Source: Mycobacteriaceae bacterium
GTDB lineage: Bacteria; Pseudomonadota; Gammaproteobacteria; Burkholderiales; Burkholderiaceae_D
Direction: 5' to 3'
Assembly (NCBI GenBank): GCA_903970145.1
Contig: CAJCHO010000062.1
Coordinates: 1-48,923, forward strand
Length of the DNA: 48,923 nucleotides
The notes under the pieces were generated by a model that saw only the letters and a list, made by a program, of their open reading frames with translations, was not told where the DNA came from and made no database searches. How positions within the stretch are numbered: the stretch's first letter is position 1; every line of letters starts with the position of its first letter. A program made the translations under genes and the position numbers. Of the stretch, positions 8,129 through 17,588 are shown in pieces.

Positions 8129-9067
8129 ATGAATTTCCAGCAACTGCGCGCCATACGCGAGACCGCTCGGTCCGGTTTCAATCTCACCGACGTCGCCGCC
8201 ATTCTGCATGCCTCACAACCGGGAATCAGCCGGCAGATCCGCGAACTCGAACAGGAACTGGGCGTCGACATTTTCGTGCGCGCCGGCAAGCGCTTAACGC
8301 GTCTGACGCCACCGGGCGAAGCCGCCCTGCCGATCGTCGAGCGACTATTGCGCGACCTAGAGAACCTGCGTCGCGTCGGGCAGGACTTTACCGCCCAGGA
8401 TTCGGGCCCGCTTTCGATCGCAGCGACCCATTCGCAGGCTCGTTATGCCTTGCCAACGGTGGTGCGCGATTTTCGCAAGCTCTATCCGGAAGTTACCCTG
8501 AACCTGCATCAGGGCTCGCCCAAGCAGGTTGCCGCGATGCTGATCTCCGGCGAAGCCGACATCGGCATCGCCACCGAGGCATTGGCACAGTACGAACAGC
8601 TGCTCGCAATGCCCTGCTATCGCTGGACCCATAGCGTGGTCGTGCCACCCGGGCACGAACTGCTCAAGCGCGAGGGCGAGCTGACGCTCGAACAATTGGC
8701 ACGCCATCCGATTATTACCTACGAGTCCGGCTACACGGGACGCACCCACATCGACGACGGCTTTGCCAGCGCCGGCCTGAGTCCCAATGTCGTGCTCAGC
8801 GCCATGGACGCTGATGTCATCAAGACCTATGTCGAGCTCGGGATGGGTGTGGGGATAGTTGCCTCGATCGCCTTCGATGCAGAGCGCGATCGCAACCTGT
8901 GCGCGATCGATGCGCGCCACCTCTTCGAAGTCAATGTGACCCGCCTCGCAATCCACCGCGATGCCTGGTTGCGCGGCTATGTGTATGCTTTCATCGAATC
9001 ATTTGCCCCGACCCTGACCCGTACCGCGGTCGAGCTCGCCATCAAGGGCGAATCGGCCCCCGACTGA
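8129..9067 (+). CDS. cysB: LysR-type transcriptional regulator of the CysB/Cbl subfamily.
   Basis: MNFQQLRAIRETARSGFNLTDVAAILHASQPGISRQIRELEQELGVDIFVRAGKRLTRLTPPGEAAL is near-collinear with E. coli CysB (MKLQQLRYIVEV...[38 protein letters not shown]). The collinearity continues through IAATHSQARYALPTVV, HQGSPKQVAAML and DADVIKTYVELGMGVGIVASIAFD. Confidence 0.8.
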   Translation: MNFQQLRAIRETARSGFNLTDVAAILHASQPGISRQIRELEQELGVDIFVRAGKRLTRLTPPGEAALPIVERLLRDLENLRRVGQDFTAQDSGPLSIAATHSQARYALPTVVRDFRKLYPEVTLNLHQGSPKQVAAMLISGEADIGIATEALAQYEQLLAMPCYRWTHSVVVPPGHELLKREGELTLEQLARHPIITYESGYTGRTHIDDGFASAGLSPNVVLSAMDADVIKTYVELGMGVGIVASIAFDAERDRNLCAIDARHLFEVNVTRLAIHRDAWLRGYVYAFIESFAPTLTRTAVELAIKGESAPD

Positions 9068-9095
9068 AAAGCCCGCGCTGCGCGCGACGCGCGCT

Positions 9096-9623
9096 TCAGT
9101 TCAGGGCCCTGAAATAGTAGGTGGTGCTGCACAGGCCACCCTCCGGCCAGAGTGCATATCCCGGTATGTCGCCCACGCGTTGCCAACCCAGGCGTCGGTA
9201 CAGGCGCTCGGCATCACCGCCCGTGACGGTATCGAGCACAAGCAGGGTGCGACCTGCCTTGCGTGCAAGCGTCTCAGCCTGACGCATCAGCGCTTCCCCA
9301 AGGCCGCAACGCCGCGCGCGACGGTGCACCAGCATCTTGGCAATGTCAGCACGATGCGGCTGGTTGTCAGGCATATCAAGCAGGACCTGCACGGTGCCAT
9401 GCACCTGACCCGCTGTGTCCTCGGCGATGAGGACGAGGCGCTCACCCCGCTCTGCGGCGGCAAGCACGCCTTCCCAGAAACCAAGCGCCTTGTCCTGCGA
9501 CAGGGGCGCCATGAAACTAACCGAGGCTCCTCCGGCGACACAATCGATCAGCACTTCGGCAAGCGCCTTCGCCAGCCCGGGCTCAGAACCGGCAATGCGT
9601 ACCCGGATATCGTCGGCGTTCAT
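9096..9623 (-). CDS. GNAT family N-acetyltransferase.
   Basis: The acetyl-CoA binding region is LVHRRARRCGLGEALMRQAETLARKAGRTLLVLDTVTGGDAERLYRRLGWQ. I trimmed the start to the Met of MNADDIRVRIA; its ATG overlaps the upstream stop as ATGA at 9620-9623. Confidence 0.75.
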   Translation of the reverse strand: MNADDIRVRIAGSEPGLAKALAEVLIDCVAGGASVSFMAPLSQDKALGFWEGVLAAAERGERLVLIAEDTAGQVHGTVQVLLDMPDNQPHRADIAKMLVHRRARRCGLGEALMRQAETLARKAGRTLLVLDTVTGGDAERLYRRLGWQRVGDIPGYALWPEGGLCSTTYYFRALN

Positions 9624-10246
9624 GGCGAGTGTGCGAAGGAGCGCCGGTCGGTGGCGATCACGACCGCGTAGTGCGCCGCCGCCTTGGTTCGGTTCGCGTA
9701 GATGACTGGCCGATCGAGCGTCATCGCCATGCAATCGCCGGCACCAAGGCGATGACGCACATCGCCCAGAGTGACCTCGATGCGCCCGCCGATCACCCAG
9801 ATCTGCTGTTCGATGGGTGGATCATGCGCAGTCGTTTCGTAGGCCACCCGCGCACCGGCCGGGAACTCGACCTCGACGATTTCGATAGGAGACGGCCAGT
9901 GAGGTGGGGAGACATTGCGCCGCAGGTAGCCCGAGGCCGGATCGCGCCATTGCACCTGCGCGTCGAGGCGGGCGATGGGATCAGGTCGCTTCGCGGCACT
10001 CGAGGGTGCATCTAATAGCCGCGCAAGCGGCACCCCGAGTCCGGTTGCCAGGCGCTCGAGCACCACGGCGGTCGGGCTCGCCTGGCCGCGCTCGATGAGC
10101 GAAATCATGGAACGACTGACACCCGATTTCGCCGCCAGAGCTTCGAGTGACAGGCGACGGACTGCGCGCAGCTCGCGCGCCTGCTCGGCAATGCGCTGAT
10201 TGATGTCCGGAGAGTCGTTTTCCATCATATTGGATATATTATCCAT
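9620..10246 (-). CDS. Transcriptional regulator with an XRE-family HTH and a C-terminal cupin domain.
   Basis: The HTH is RLSLEALAAKSGVSRSMISLIERGQASPTAVVLERLATGLGV. The cupin barrel is IEIVEVEFPAGARVAYETTAHDPPIEQQIWVIGGRIEVTLGD. The start is uncertain between the MDNISNMMEN Met and the track start at 10300. Confidence 0.75.
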   Translation of the reverse strand: MDNISNMMENDSPDINQRIAEQARELRAVRRLSLEALAAKSGVSRSMISLIERGQASPTAVVLERLATGLGVPLARLLDAPSSAAKRPDPIARLDAQVQWRDPASGYLRRNVSPPHWPSPIEIVEVEFPAGARVAYETTAHDPPIEQQIWVIGGRIEVTLGDVRHRLGAGDCMAMTLDRPVIYANRTKAAAHYAVVIATDRRSFAHSP

Positions 10247-10305
10247 CAAGATGGAAACTCGCAACAGCCCCCCCCTAAACTCCCAAGCCGATGTGCCCAC
10301 GCCAG

Positions 10306-10503
10306 TCAGGCAGCCACTGCGTAGCCTTCTGCTGCGATCGCCCCGGCAAGGGTTTCGCGCGCCTGCTCGGATTCGATTTGCACGAGGTTCTGTGCGCGGT
10401 CGATATGCACGTGAGCGCCAGGGTCAAGCTGCTGCACGGCCTGGGTGACGGCCTTCTCGCAATGTCCGCAGGTCATGCCGGTAACGGTGAATGTCTGGTT
10501 CAT
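10306..10503 (-). CDS. copZ: Copper chaperone CopZ (HMA domain).
   Basis: MNQTFTVTGMTCGHCEKAVTQAV carries the GMTCxxC metal-binding motif. A GGAAGG Shine-Dalgarno lies 5 nt upstream of this ATG. The track ORF extends 16 codons further upstream without support. Confidence 0.8.
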   Translation of the reverse strand: MNQTFTVTGMTCGHCEKAVTQAVQQLDPGAHVHIDRAQNLVQIESEQARETLAGAIAAEGYAVAA

Positions 10504-10618
10504 GTTGTCCTTCCGGGAGTTGTCCATAGCCCAAAGGTAAAACCTTATCACCCCGGGCCACTGTCAGGCTCGCCCGACAGTAGGGGCATTCGCCGCGCCC
10601 TGCCCCGAAAATACTATA

Positions 10619-12847
10619 TTGCACGGCATGACCCAGCAGAGCACCCTCGACATTGGCATCGGCGGCATGACCTGCGCGTCTTGCGTGGCGCGCGTCGAGA
10701 AAGCCTTAAAGAAAGTCGCGGGAGTCGACGAGGCGAGCGTCAATCTCGCAAGTGAGTCAGCGCGCGTCGTCTTCAGTCCGGACATGCAGATGGAGGCGCG
10801 TCTGCGTCGCGCAGTGCGCGATGCAGGCTATCAGGCGCGCAGCCGCGAGGAGGTGGCGGCCCAGGATCATCTGGCGCCCTGGGCAGGTTTCGCGCCTGTC
10901 GCATACGGGCTGATTCTCTCGACGCCACTCGTCTTACCTATGGCGCTTGGTTTCTCAGGCATCCACTGGATGCTGCCGCCGTGGCTGCAATGCCTTTTAG
11001 CGACTCCGGTTCAGTTCATCCTCGGCGCGCGCTTTTACAAGGCCGCCTGGCACGCGCTCAAGGCGCGAGCGGGCAATATGGATCTGCTTGTTGCGATCGG
11101 GACGACGTCCGCCTGGACACTTTCGGTGTGGCTCTGGCTGACGGGTACGCCTGATGAGCCGCAGCACCTGTACTTCGAAGGCTCGGCGCTCGTCATTACT
11201 CTCGTACTGCTGGGCAAGTGGCTCGAGTCCCGCGCCAAGCGCGAAACGATGAGCGCGATTCGCGCGCTGCGCTCGCTGCAACCCGGCCAGGTCCACTTGC
11301 GTGAGCGCGAGAGCGAGGTCGATATCTCGCTCGCGGATGTCCTCCTCGACGATCAGATCGTGATCAGGTCAGGCGAGCGGGTACCCGTGGACGGCGTGGT
11401 GCTCGAAGGCGATTCGGAGCTCGACGAGTCGATGCTGACCGGTGAGGCCCTCCCGGTAGCAAAGTACATCGGTGCACGAGTGACCGGTGGCTCCATCAAC
11501 GGCACGGGACGGATCGTCGTCAGGGTCACGGCAACCGGAAGCGAGACGGTACTTGCGCGGATCGTGCGTCTGGTCGAGGATGCCCAGGCCGCCAAAGCGC
11601 CAATCCAGCGTCTGGTCGATCAGATCGCCGCTGTATTCGTGCCTGCCGTATTGCTCGTCGCGCTGGTGACCCTCCTCGGATGGATCGCGACGGGGGCATC
11701 GTTCGCCGATGCGACCATCAACGCCGTGTGCGTGCTGGTCATCGCCTGTCCCTGTGCCCTGGGACTCGCCACGCCAGTGGCAATCATGGCCGGCACTGGC
11801 GTTGCCGCGAAATTCGGCATCCTCATCAAGAATGCCGAGGCTCTGGAAACCCTGCACCGGGCCGACACGGTCGTCTTTGACAAGACCGGAACCCTGACAG
11901 TCGGAAAGCTGCGGCTGACCACTCTGGTTTGCGGCGCCGGGATCGACGAGACGCGGCTGCTGTCGATCGCTGCTGCGCTACAGACAGCGAGCGAACACCC
12001 GATCGCTCGTGCGATTCGTGATGCCGCCCGAGAGCGCCACCTCACATTCATCGATCCCGTCGAAGTCCGGGTTCTGCCCGGGCGCGGCGTTCAGGGGATA
12101 GTCGAGGGCACCACCTACATGCTTGGAAGTCTGCCCTGGATGAACGAACTGGAATACCAGCCGGGCATTCTTGCGGGAGAGACGGCGCGCCTATTAAGCA
12201 AGCCAGCGAGCCTTGTCGCGCTTGCGCAAGACGTCAACGCCAAGACGCAACTCCTGGGTCTCATGGCCTTTAGCGACACCGCCAAACCCGACGCGCGCGC
12301 AACGCTTGCGACACTGCGCGCGCGCGGTATGCGGCTCGTGATGTTGACGGGCGACAGTCGCGCTACGGCGCAAGGCATGGCAATCGAACTCGGGCTTGAT
12401 GTAGAGCAAGGCGAAGTAATCAGCCAGGTGCTACCAGCCGACAAAGCCTCGGAAATCTTGCGCTTAAGGGGAGCGGCCAGTTCGCATCACCATATCGTCG
12501 CCATGGTTGGCGACGGAATCAACGATGCGCCGGCACTGGCCGCAGCCGACATCGGTATCGCGATGGCTGGTGGGAGCGACCTCGCAATCAATGCCGCCGG
12601 CATCACTCTGATGCGCGGTGATGTAGCACTCGTTGACGCCGCCCTTGACGTGTCCAGGCGTACCGTCCTGAAAATCCGCCAGAATCTGTTTCTGGCTTTC
12701 GCTTATAACGTGGCCGCGATTCCCCTGGCGGCCCTGGGCCTGCTCAACCCCGTCGTCGCGGGTGCGGCCATGGCATTGAGTTCAGTAAGTGTGATCGCAA
12801 ACGCCCTGCTGCTAAGACGTTGGAGGCCCAAGCCAGGAAGGCGCTAA
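10619..12847 (+). CDS. copA: Copper-translocating P1B-type ATPase CopA.
   Basis: An N-terminal HMA motif [13 protein letters not shown] is present, with a CPC transmembrane motif ([11 protein letters not shown]), DKTGTLT, and [10 protein letters not shown]. The true start is probably the internal ATG three codons in (MTQQSTL). The gene is divergent from copZ across a ~120-nt intergenic region. Confidence 0.9.
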   Translation: MHGMTQQSTLDIGIGGMTCASCVARVEKALKKVAGVDEASVNLASESARVVFSPDMQMEARLRRAVRDAGYQARSREEVAAQDHLAPWAGFAPVAYGLILSTPLVLPMALGFSGIHWMLPPWLQCLLATPVQFILGARFYKAAWHALKARAGNMDLLVAIGTTSAWTLSVWLWLTGTPDEPQHLYFEGSALVITLVLLGKWLESRAKRETMSAIRALRSLQPGQVHLRERESEVDISLADVLLDDQIVIRSGERVPVDGVVLEGDSELDESMLTGEALPVAKYIGARVTGGSINGTGRIVVRVTATGSETVLARIVRLVEDAQAAKAPIQRLVDQIAAVFVPAVLLVALVTLLGWIATGASFADATINAVCVLVIACPCALGLATPVAIMAGTGVAAKFGILIKNAEALETLHRADTVVFDKTGTLTVGKLRLTTLVCGAGIDETRLLSIAAALQTASEHPIARAIRDAARERHLTFIDPVEVRVLPGRGVQGIVEGTTYMLGSLPWMNELEYQPGILAGETARLLSKPASLVALAQDVNAKTQLLGLMAFSDTAKPDARATLATLRARGMRLVMLTGDSRATAQGMAIELGLDVEQGEVISQVLPADKASEILRLRGAASSHHHIVAMVGDGINDAPALAAADIGIAMAGGSDLAINAAGITLMRGDVALVDAALDVSRRTVLKIRQNLFLAFAYNVAAIPLAALGLLNPVVAGAAMALSSVSVIANALLLRRWRPKPGRR

Positions 12848-12999
12848 GGACGCTAGGTAAGGCCGCCAGTCCCGCGCGTAAAGAGGGTCAAGAACTCACG
12901 ACAAAAAAGGACCGGGGCACCCAAGGTGGGCGACCCGACCCGATCAGAGTGCTCGCACGGCCCTCAATCTAAGGGACCGCTCAAGCGGCGACTGGCGCC

Positions 13000-13221
13000 C
13001 TAGTGGCCGCTCTTGATTGCTGCGCGCTCACGCTCAGCGCGTTCACGCTCGGCCTTCTTGGCGTCTTCCTTCGCGTCGCCGATGTGGCCTTGCACCTTGC
13101 CAATACCCTTCTCAATCTTGCCTTCGATTTCAAGGCCCTTGTTGCCAACCGCTTTCCCGGTCACTTCCTTGACCTTGCCCTGCACCTGCTTGACTTCGCC
13201 CTTGACTTGATCCTTGTTCAT
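13000..13221 (-). CDS. CsbD-family general stress protein (73 aa).
   Basis: MNKDQVKGEVKQVQGKVKEVTGKAVGNKGLEIEGKIEKGIGKVQGHIGD is similar to YjbJ/CsbD. An AGGAGA Shine-Dalgarno lies 6 nt upstream of this internal ATG. The track start at 13263 has no RBS. Confidence 0.75.
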   Translation of the reverse strand: MNKDQVKGEVKQVQGKVKEVTGKAVGNKGLEIEGKIEKGIGKVQGHIGDAKEDAKKAERERAERERAAIKSGH

Positions 13222-13553
13222 GCAAATCTCCTGGTGGCACTTCGTGGGATTCCCTCTGGACACTACGTGTGTAGCAGCGCCAAGTGGCCCAATCTAGTCG
13301 CCCGGTCTCCGAGTGTCGGTATGCCAACGAACCAATAGGCAAGGGCTGAATAGACTTGGCGCGGCGCTTGCCCGAAGCCGCACGTGAGCCCATCCGCCAG
13401 AGTGCACGGCGACCGAAACCGAACATTCGTGCGATGCCACACAGACTTGATCACACCCGGGCGTCACAGTCCGGAAAAGCCCGGCTCCTGCCGCTGGCTT
13501 GTTCATCCAAGTTGCGCCCGATAAGACCGGGCCAGCACTACCGGAGCCCGACC

Positions 13554-14126
13554 ATGGACCAGGCCGTCAAGACCAAGAAGCCCTTTTTGACCGACATCAA
13601 GACCCTGCGTGAGCGCGCTAAAAAACACCTGGGCGAGGGAAACGTCACCTTCACCTATGAGGGCGACGCCAACAAGACAATCGAGATCCTGCAGGCTGTG
13701 CTTGCCACCGAGATTGTGTGCGTGCTGCGCTATACCATGCACTCGGTCGCTGCCGCCGGTCTGTCGAGCGAGGGTGTGAAAAAGGAATTCGAAGTTCATG
13801 CGGGCGAGGAACTGGCCCATGCGCTCAGTGTCGCCGAGCGCATCAACCAGTTGGGTGGCGTACCCGACTTCAATCCAAAGGGACTCGCAACCCGCTCAAG
13901 TACCGAATACGGCGACGCCGAAAACCTGGTGGAAATGATCACCGAGAATCTGATCGCAGAACGTATCGCGGTCGACCACTACCGCGAACTGGTGCGCTAC
14001 TTCGGCAATGACGACCCGGGTACGCGCACGATGCTAGAAGGCATCCTCGTGACCGAAGAAGAGCACCTCAACGACATGCATGACCTCCTGGTTGCGCACC
14101 AGGGAAAGCCAACGCTGTCGCGCTAG
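13554..14126 (+). CDS. Ferritin-like protein of the Dps/bacterioferritin superfamily.
   Basis: The block AGEELAHALSVAERINQLGGVPDF corresponds to the Dps motif DEIAERIxQLGGxP. Helix residues ENLIAERIAVDHYRELV also match. A GGAG lies 7 nt upstream of the MDQAVKT start. The ~200 codons in front of it in the track ORF are non-coding-like. Confidence 0.7.
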   Translation: MDQAVKTKKPFLTDIKTLRERAKKHLGEGNVTFTYEGDANKTIEILQAVLATEIVCVLRYTMHSVAAAGLSSEGVKKEFEVHAGEELAHALSVAERINQLGGVPDFNPKGLATRSSTEYGDAENLVEMITENLIAERIAVDHYRELVRYFGNDDPGTRTMLEGILVTEEEHLNDMHDLLVAHQGKPTLSR

Positions 14127-14153
14127 CTCGCGTCCCCGGCGGGAATCGTCGCT

Positions 14154-15770
14154 TCAGAGAACCGTAAAGAAGTGGCTGCCGTCGCGCGCGAGTTGCGCGA
14201 CCAAACCAAACTCCCAGTTGAGATATGCCTGCATCGCGGCGCGTGGGTTGTCGGTGCCCTCATAGGGTCGGCGATAGCGATCGATTGCGTCCGACATGAG
14301 ATACGTCGCGCCCGCTTCACTGGCCAGACCCGCGCCGAACCAGGCATCGTTGCCGCCCGCGAGCACGCGCACGCGGCGCGCGCCCGACTCGGCGAGATCT
14401 CGCGCGGCAAATTTCGCGAGGAGCCCACAGGCGGAGGTGAGCACGATCTCCCCCTTGCCCGCAAGCTGCTCCAGGCGAGCGGCAAGCTCCGAGCGCAGGA
14501 TCCACCGTGCGCCAGGGATGTGGCACCCCACGTAATCGCGCGATGCCTGAAGATCGAGCAGCGTGACGCCGCCAGAAGCGATCCAATCGGAAAGCTCGTC
14601 CGGGCTCACTTCTTCGACGGACCCGGGATCCGGAACCGGCGGGACCCAATCACCTGTGCAGAACTCCGCCGAGTCTTCCGTCGGCCGGGCGCTGGCGTTG
14701 AGCACCGCGACCTGCCAGCCCATCTGCGCGAGCCAGGATGCGCTCATATTGGCGCGTACCCCATCATCGTCGGTGAGCACAATGCGCGCCCCCCGCACCG
14801 GGGCATAGACGTCAGTCTCCTGCACGAGCTGCCCGCCCGGGGCGCTTCTAAACCCGCGCCGATGGCCGGCAGCGAACTCAATCGGATCACGTACGTCGAA
14901 CTGGTACAGAGTTCGCGAGCTATCCGCTCGCCACTCGTCCAATCGTTCAGGACCGATTCGCGCCACACCAGCGCGCAGAGCCACCTCCTCCGCGGACTTC
15001 ATCATCGAGACGCGCATCTGCGCTGTCACAGCAGGGCCATCGGAAAAACGCCGCGACTGGCCGTGCGCCAGCTTTTTACCGGCAAGGGTCCAGCCTATCG
15101 TGCCGTTGCGCAAGGCTGCAACCGGATTGGGAATACCAGCATTGATGAGCGACTGGGTGCCGATGATGCTGCGCGTGCGCCCGGCACAGTTGACGATGAT
15201 GCGCGTGCCCGAATTCGGGGCGAGATGCCGCGCCCTCAGCACCAGCTCAGCCCCCGGCACGCTGGTTGCACCCGGGATGCTCATCGTCTGATACTCGTCA
15301 AAGCGCCGCGCATCGAGAACCACGACGTCGGCGCGCGAATTAAGCAGGTCCTCGACCTCTTCCGCGGACAATGAGGGCGTGTGGCGCGTCGACTCGACCA
15401 ACTCGCCAAATGCCTTGCTTGGCACATTGACGTCACGAAATATTTCCAGGCCTGCCGCGCGCCACGCCGCGAGACCACCGTCCAGAAGGAAGACCTGCGT
15501 ATATCCAAGTTTGCGCAGCACGGCCGCGGCCCGTGGCGCAAGCCCCTCGCCATCCTCGTAGACGGCAATCTGCACGTCGCGCCGCGGCAGGCGAGAGTAG
15601 GCCTGCAACTCCAACTGGGACAGGGGGAGGTTGGCGGCCCAGAGGGGATGGGCCTGGGCGTAGGGATCTTCCTCGCGCACGTCGAGTAGCGCGATCTCGA
15701 CGCGCGACAGGAGCGCTGCCCGCACGTCGGCTGCGGTCAAGCTCGCCTCGTTAGCTGGCGCTCGATTCAT
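14154..15770 (-). CDS. Sulfurtransferase with four tandem rhodanese domains.
   Basis: Rhodanese active-site-loop contexts repeat four times (IVNCAGRTRS, RSAPGG, HIPGARW, TSACG). The 538 aa resemble the multi-rhodanese partner of bacterial thiol dioxygenases. Confidence 0.8.
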   Translation of the reverse strand: MNRAPANEASLTAADVRAALLSRVEIALLDVREEDPYAQAHPLWAANLPLSQLELQAYSRLPRRDVQIAVYEDGEGLAPRAAAVLRKLGYTQVFLLDGGLAAWRAAGLEIFRDVNVPSKAFGELVESTRHTPSLSAEEVEDLLNSRADVVVLDARRFDEYQTMSIPGATSVPGAELVLRARHLAPNSGTRIIVNCAGRTRSIIGTQSLINAGIPNPVAALRNGTIGWTLAGKKLAHGQSRRFSDGPAVTAQMRVSMMKSAEEVALRAGVARIGPERLDEWRADSSRTLYQFDVRDPIEFAAGHRRGFRSAPGGQLVQETDVYAPVRGARIVLTDDDGVRANMSASWLAQMGWQVAVLNASARPTEDSAEFCTGDWVPPVPDPGSVEEVSPDELSDWIASGGVTLLDLQASRDYVGCHIPGARWILRSELAARLEQLAGKGEIVLTSACGLLAKFAARDLAESGARRVRVLAGGNDAWFGAGLASEAGATYLMSDAIDRYRRPYEGTDNPRAAMQAYLNWEFGLVAQLARDGSHFFTVL

Positions 15771-15800
15771 CGGTGGCGCATTCGAAATGGACGTAGGCCG

Positions 15801-16397
15801 CTACTGGACCGCCGAATAGCCGGAAACAAAACCCTTGCGCCTGCCATCAAGGCCATAGGTCGAACGCTTTACCTGCCCGATGTCAGCGCCATAGATATGG
15901 ATGCTGATCGAGTCGCGATCCTCATAAGCATTGCGCACAAGATGAATATCGCCGATCGAGGGCGACACCGCTTCAACCTGCCCGGGCACGAGCCGCACCT
16001 CCTTGCCCGAAGCGACCAGCCTGTCCGGTCCGGCAAAGTGATAAGCCTGTGAACATTCGGCACCGCGCAGCATACCGATCAGACCCCATACGGTGTGATC
16101 GTGAATCGGAGTCTTCTGGCCAGGTCCCCATACAAAGGAGATCACCGAAAAACGCGCGTGCGGGTCAATATAGAGCGGGTACTGTCGGTAGTGCTCCGGT
16201 CCGGCTACTGCGAAGGCTGCCGGCAGCCAGTCGTCGTGAGCCACCAGTGCCGCGAGAAGTCGACCGGCTTCTGCAAGCACGCGCCCTTCCGATGGATTCT
16301 CGTCGATCAGACGCGACAGCGCCTGCACGAACTCATCGAGGGCGCCGCGTGTAGCGGCCCCCCTCTTGTCGGCGGCAGTGCTCGTGGTCTCTGTCAT
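15801..16397 (-). CDS. Cupin thiol dioxygenase of the cysteine dioxygenase type I / 3-mercaptopropionate dioxygenase family.
   Basis: VISFVWGPGQKTPIHDHTVWGLIGMLRGAE shows the 3-His cupin motif typical of bacterial CDO/3MDO. The protein is about 198 aa, and the gene lies 30 nt upstream of the rhodanese gene on the same strand. Confidence 0.75.
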   Translation of the reverse strand: MTETTSTAADKRGAATRGALDEFVQALSRLIDENPSEGRVLAEAGRLLAALVAHDDWLPAAFAVAGPEHYRQYPLYIDPHARFSVISFVWGPGQKTPIHDHTVWGLIGMLRGAECSQAYHFAGPDRLVASGKEVRLVPGQVEAVSPSIGDIHLVRNAYEDRDSISIHIYGADIGQVKRSTYGLDGRRKGFVSGYSAVQ

Positions 16398-16766
16398 GGC
16401 AGCGTCCGGTGTGGCCTTGATATTGAAGAATACCCGACTGCCGGATCTTCGGCGCAGCAGCCAAAGAGCGCTTGAGGCAAGGATGTTTGGCTTTTGCGCG
16501 CCGCGCGGGCCACGAGCCGCGCGCCAAATCGATCTTGGTACACTAGCATCTGCGGTGCACTCAGGCGCCCCGCCCGCCCCTGATGCCGGCCTGGCGGACT
16601 ATCCAATACCATCATTCATGCCCTACGCAGACCCATCGACTCCAGCTAGCAGCTCCTTCGCCCGGCAAAGGCTTCAGGCGTGTTAGGCCCCTCCAGATTG
16701 ACCCGGCTCAATGCTCCAAGGAACGTCAAGCCGGAGGCGTTCAATGTCGCCCCCGAGCTAGTTGGA

Positions 16767-17531
16767 ATGCCGCTGGCGCGTCCATGGGCGCGCATGTGGG
16801 CCATACTCCTCGATCTGCTGGTGATCGCGATGCTCTCCAGCGTTTCGGGTCTGCTGCTGCTGACCTGCGCCGGCCTCCTGGTGGCCTACCTTATCAAGCG
16901 TGCGCCGCACCAGCGCGTCTCACGCACGCTGATCCTGGCCGCACTGACAATCGGTCTGGCAATTGGTGGCGCGCAGCAGCTCTGGGATGCCACCGGTCCC
17001 AATCACGCCACCAAGGTAAGCGAGCCCGACGAGGATGACGAGGATGCGCCGGCGGCCAACGCCAAGATGACCGACGCGGAGCGCATTGCGGATCTCACAA
17101 AGAAGCTTGAGGAGGCGCAAAAGCCCCATACCTTCAAGCCGATCGACGAGGCAAAAAAGTTCATCCGCAAGCAGGGTGTCAGTTTTGGCTGGGCCGCGCT
17201 GTACTTTTCGGTACTGCCCTTCTGGCTCGGGGGCCAGACCCTCGGCAAGAAGTTGTTCGGTCTGCGAGTAGTCGAATTGACGGGCAAGAAGCTCAAGGTC
17301 CTGCACTATTTGAGCCGCTACGGCGGCTATGCTGCCGGCATGGCGACAGGTATGTTTGGATTTGCCCAGGTTCTCTGGGATCCCAATCGCCAGGCCATCC
17401 AGGACAAGATCTCCCACACCGTGGTGGTCGACCTGCGAGCCAAGCGTGACATCCCTCCGACTCTTCCCCCAGAGTCCGAGCCCAGGCTCGCGGATGAGAA
17501 GGCAGCCAACCCGCCACTGGCAAGCGTTTAG
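16767..17531 (+). CDS. RDD family membrane protein. An alternative upstream start lies at 16680.
   Basis: The N-terminal RDD-type segment is PLARPWARMWAILLDLLVIAML. The C-terminal signature is WLGGQTLGKKLFGLRVVELTGKKL...DKISHTVVV. An acidic/coiled insert (EPDEDDEDAPAANAKMTDAERIADLTKKLEEAQK) lies between the halves. Confidence 0.65.
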   Translation: MPLARPWARMWAILLDLLVIAMLSSVSGLLLLTCAGLLVAYLIKRAPHQRVSRTLILAALTIGLAIGGAQQLWDATGPNHATKVSEPDEDDEDAPAANAKMTDAERIADLTKKLEEAQKPHTFKPIDEAKKFIRKQGVSFGWAALYFSVLPFWLGGQTLGKKLFGLRVVELTGKKLKVLHYLSRYGGYAAGMATGMFGFAQVLWDPNRQAIQDKISHTVVVDLRAKRDIPPTLPPESEPRLADEKAANPPLASV

Positions 17532-17588
17532 AATCGCGGCTGCATTTAGCCAACGAACCCGCACCACCGTACCGAGAAAGGTCTTCGC

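Noticed and set aside
8357-8956. A 199-aa minus-strand ORF inside the cysB-like gene.
   Set aside because: It is an antisense shadow ORF.
9097-9110. The perfect palindrome TTCAGGGCCCTGAA at the convergent junction of the cysB-like and GNAT genes.
   Set aside because: It lies within the last codons of the GNAT gene (…FRALN*). A stem with no loop cannot form a hairpin. It is probably coincidental, as it contains a GGGCCC site.
10504-10627. A search for a CueR/MerR-type operator in the copZ-copA divergent region.
   Set aside because: Only short dyads are present (AAGGT-AAA-ACCTT, CCGGGA…CCCGGG). There is nothing with the 19-bp-spacer promoter architecture, and no cueR gene is nearby.
12848-12999. 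A possible small RNA or terminator between the convergent copA and csbD genes.
   Set aside because: Only weak short stems are present (for example CACC-caa-GGTG). There is no GC-rich hairpin followed by a T-tract.
14172-15374. A 400-aa plus-strand ORF.
   Set aside because: It is antisense to the rhodanese gene and is Arg-rich junk.
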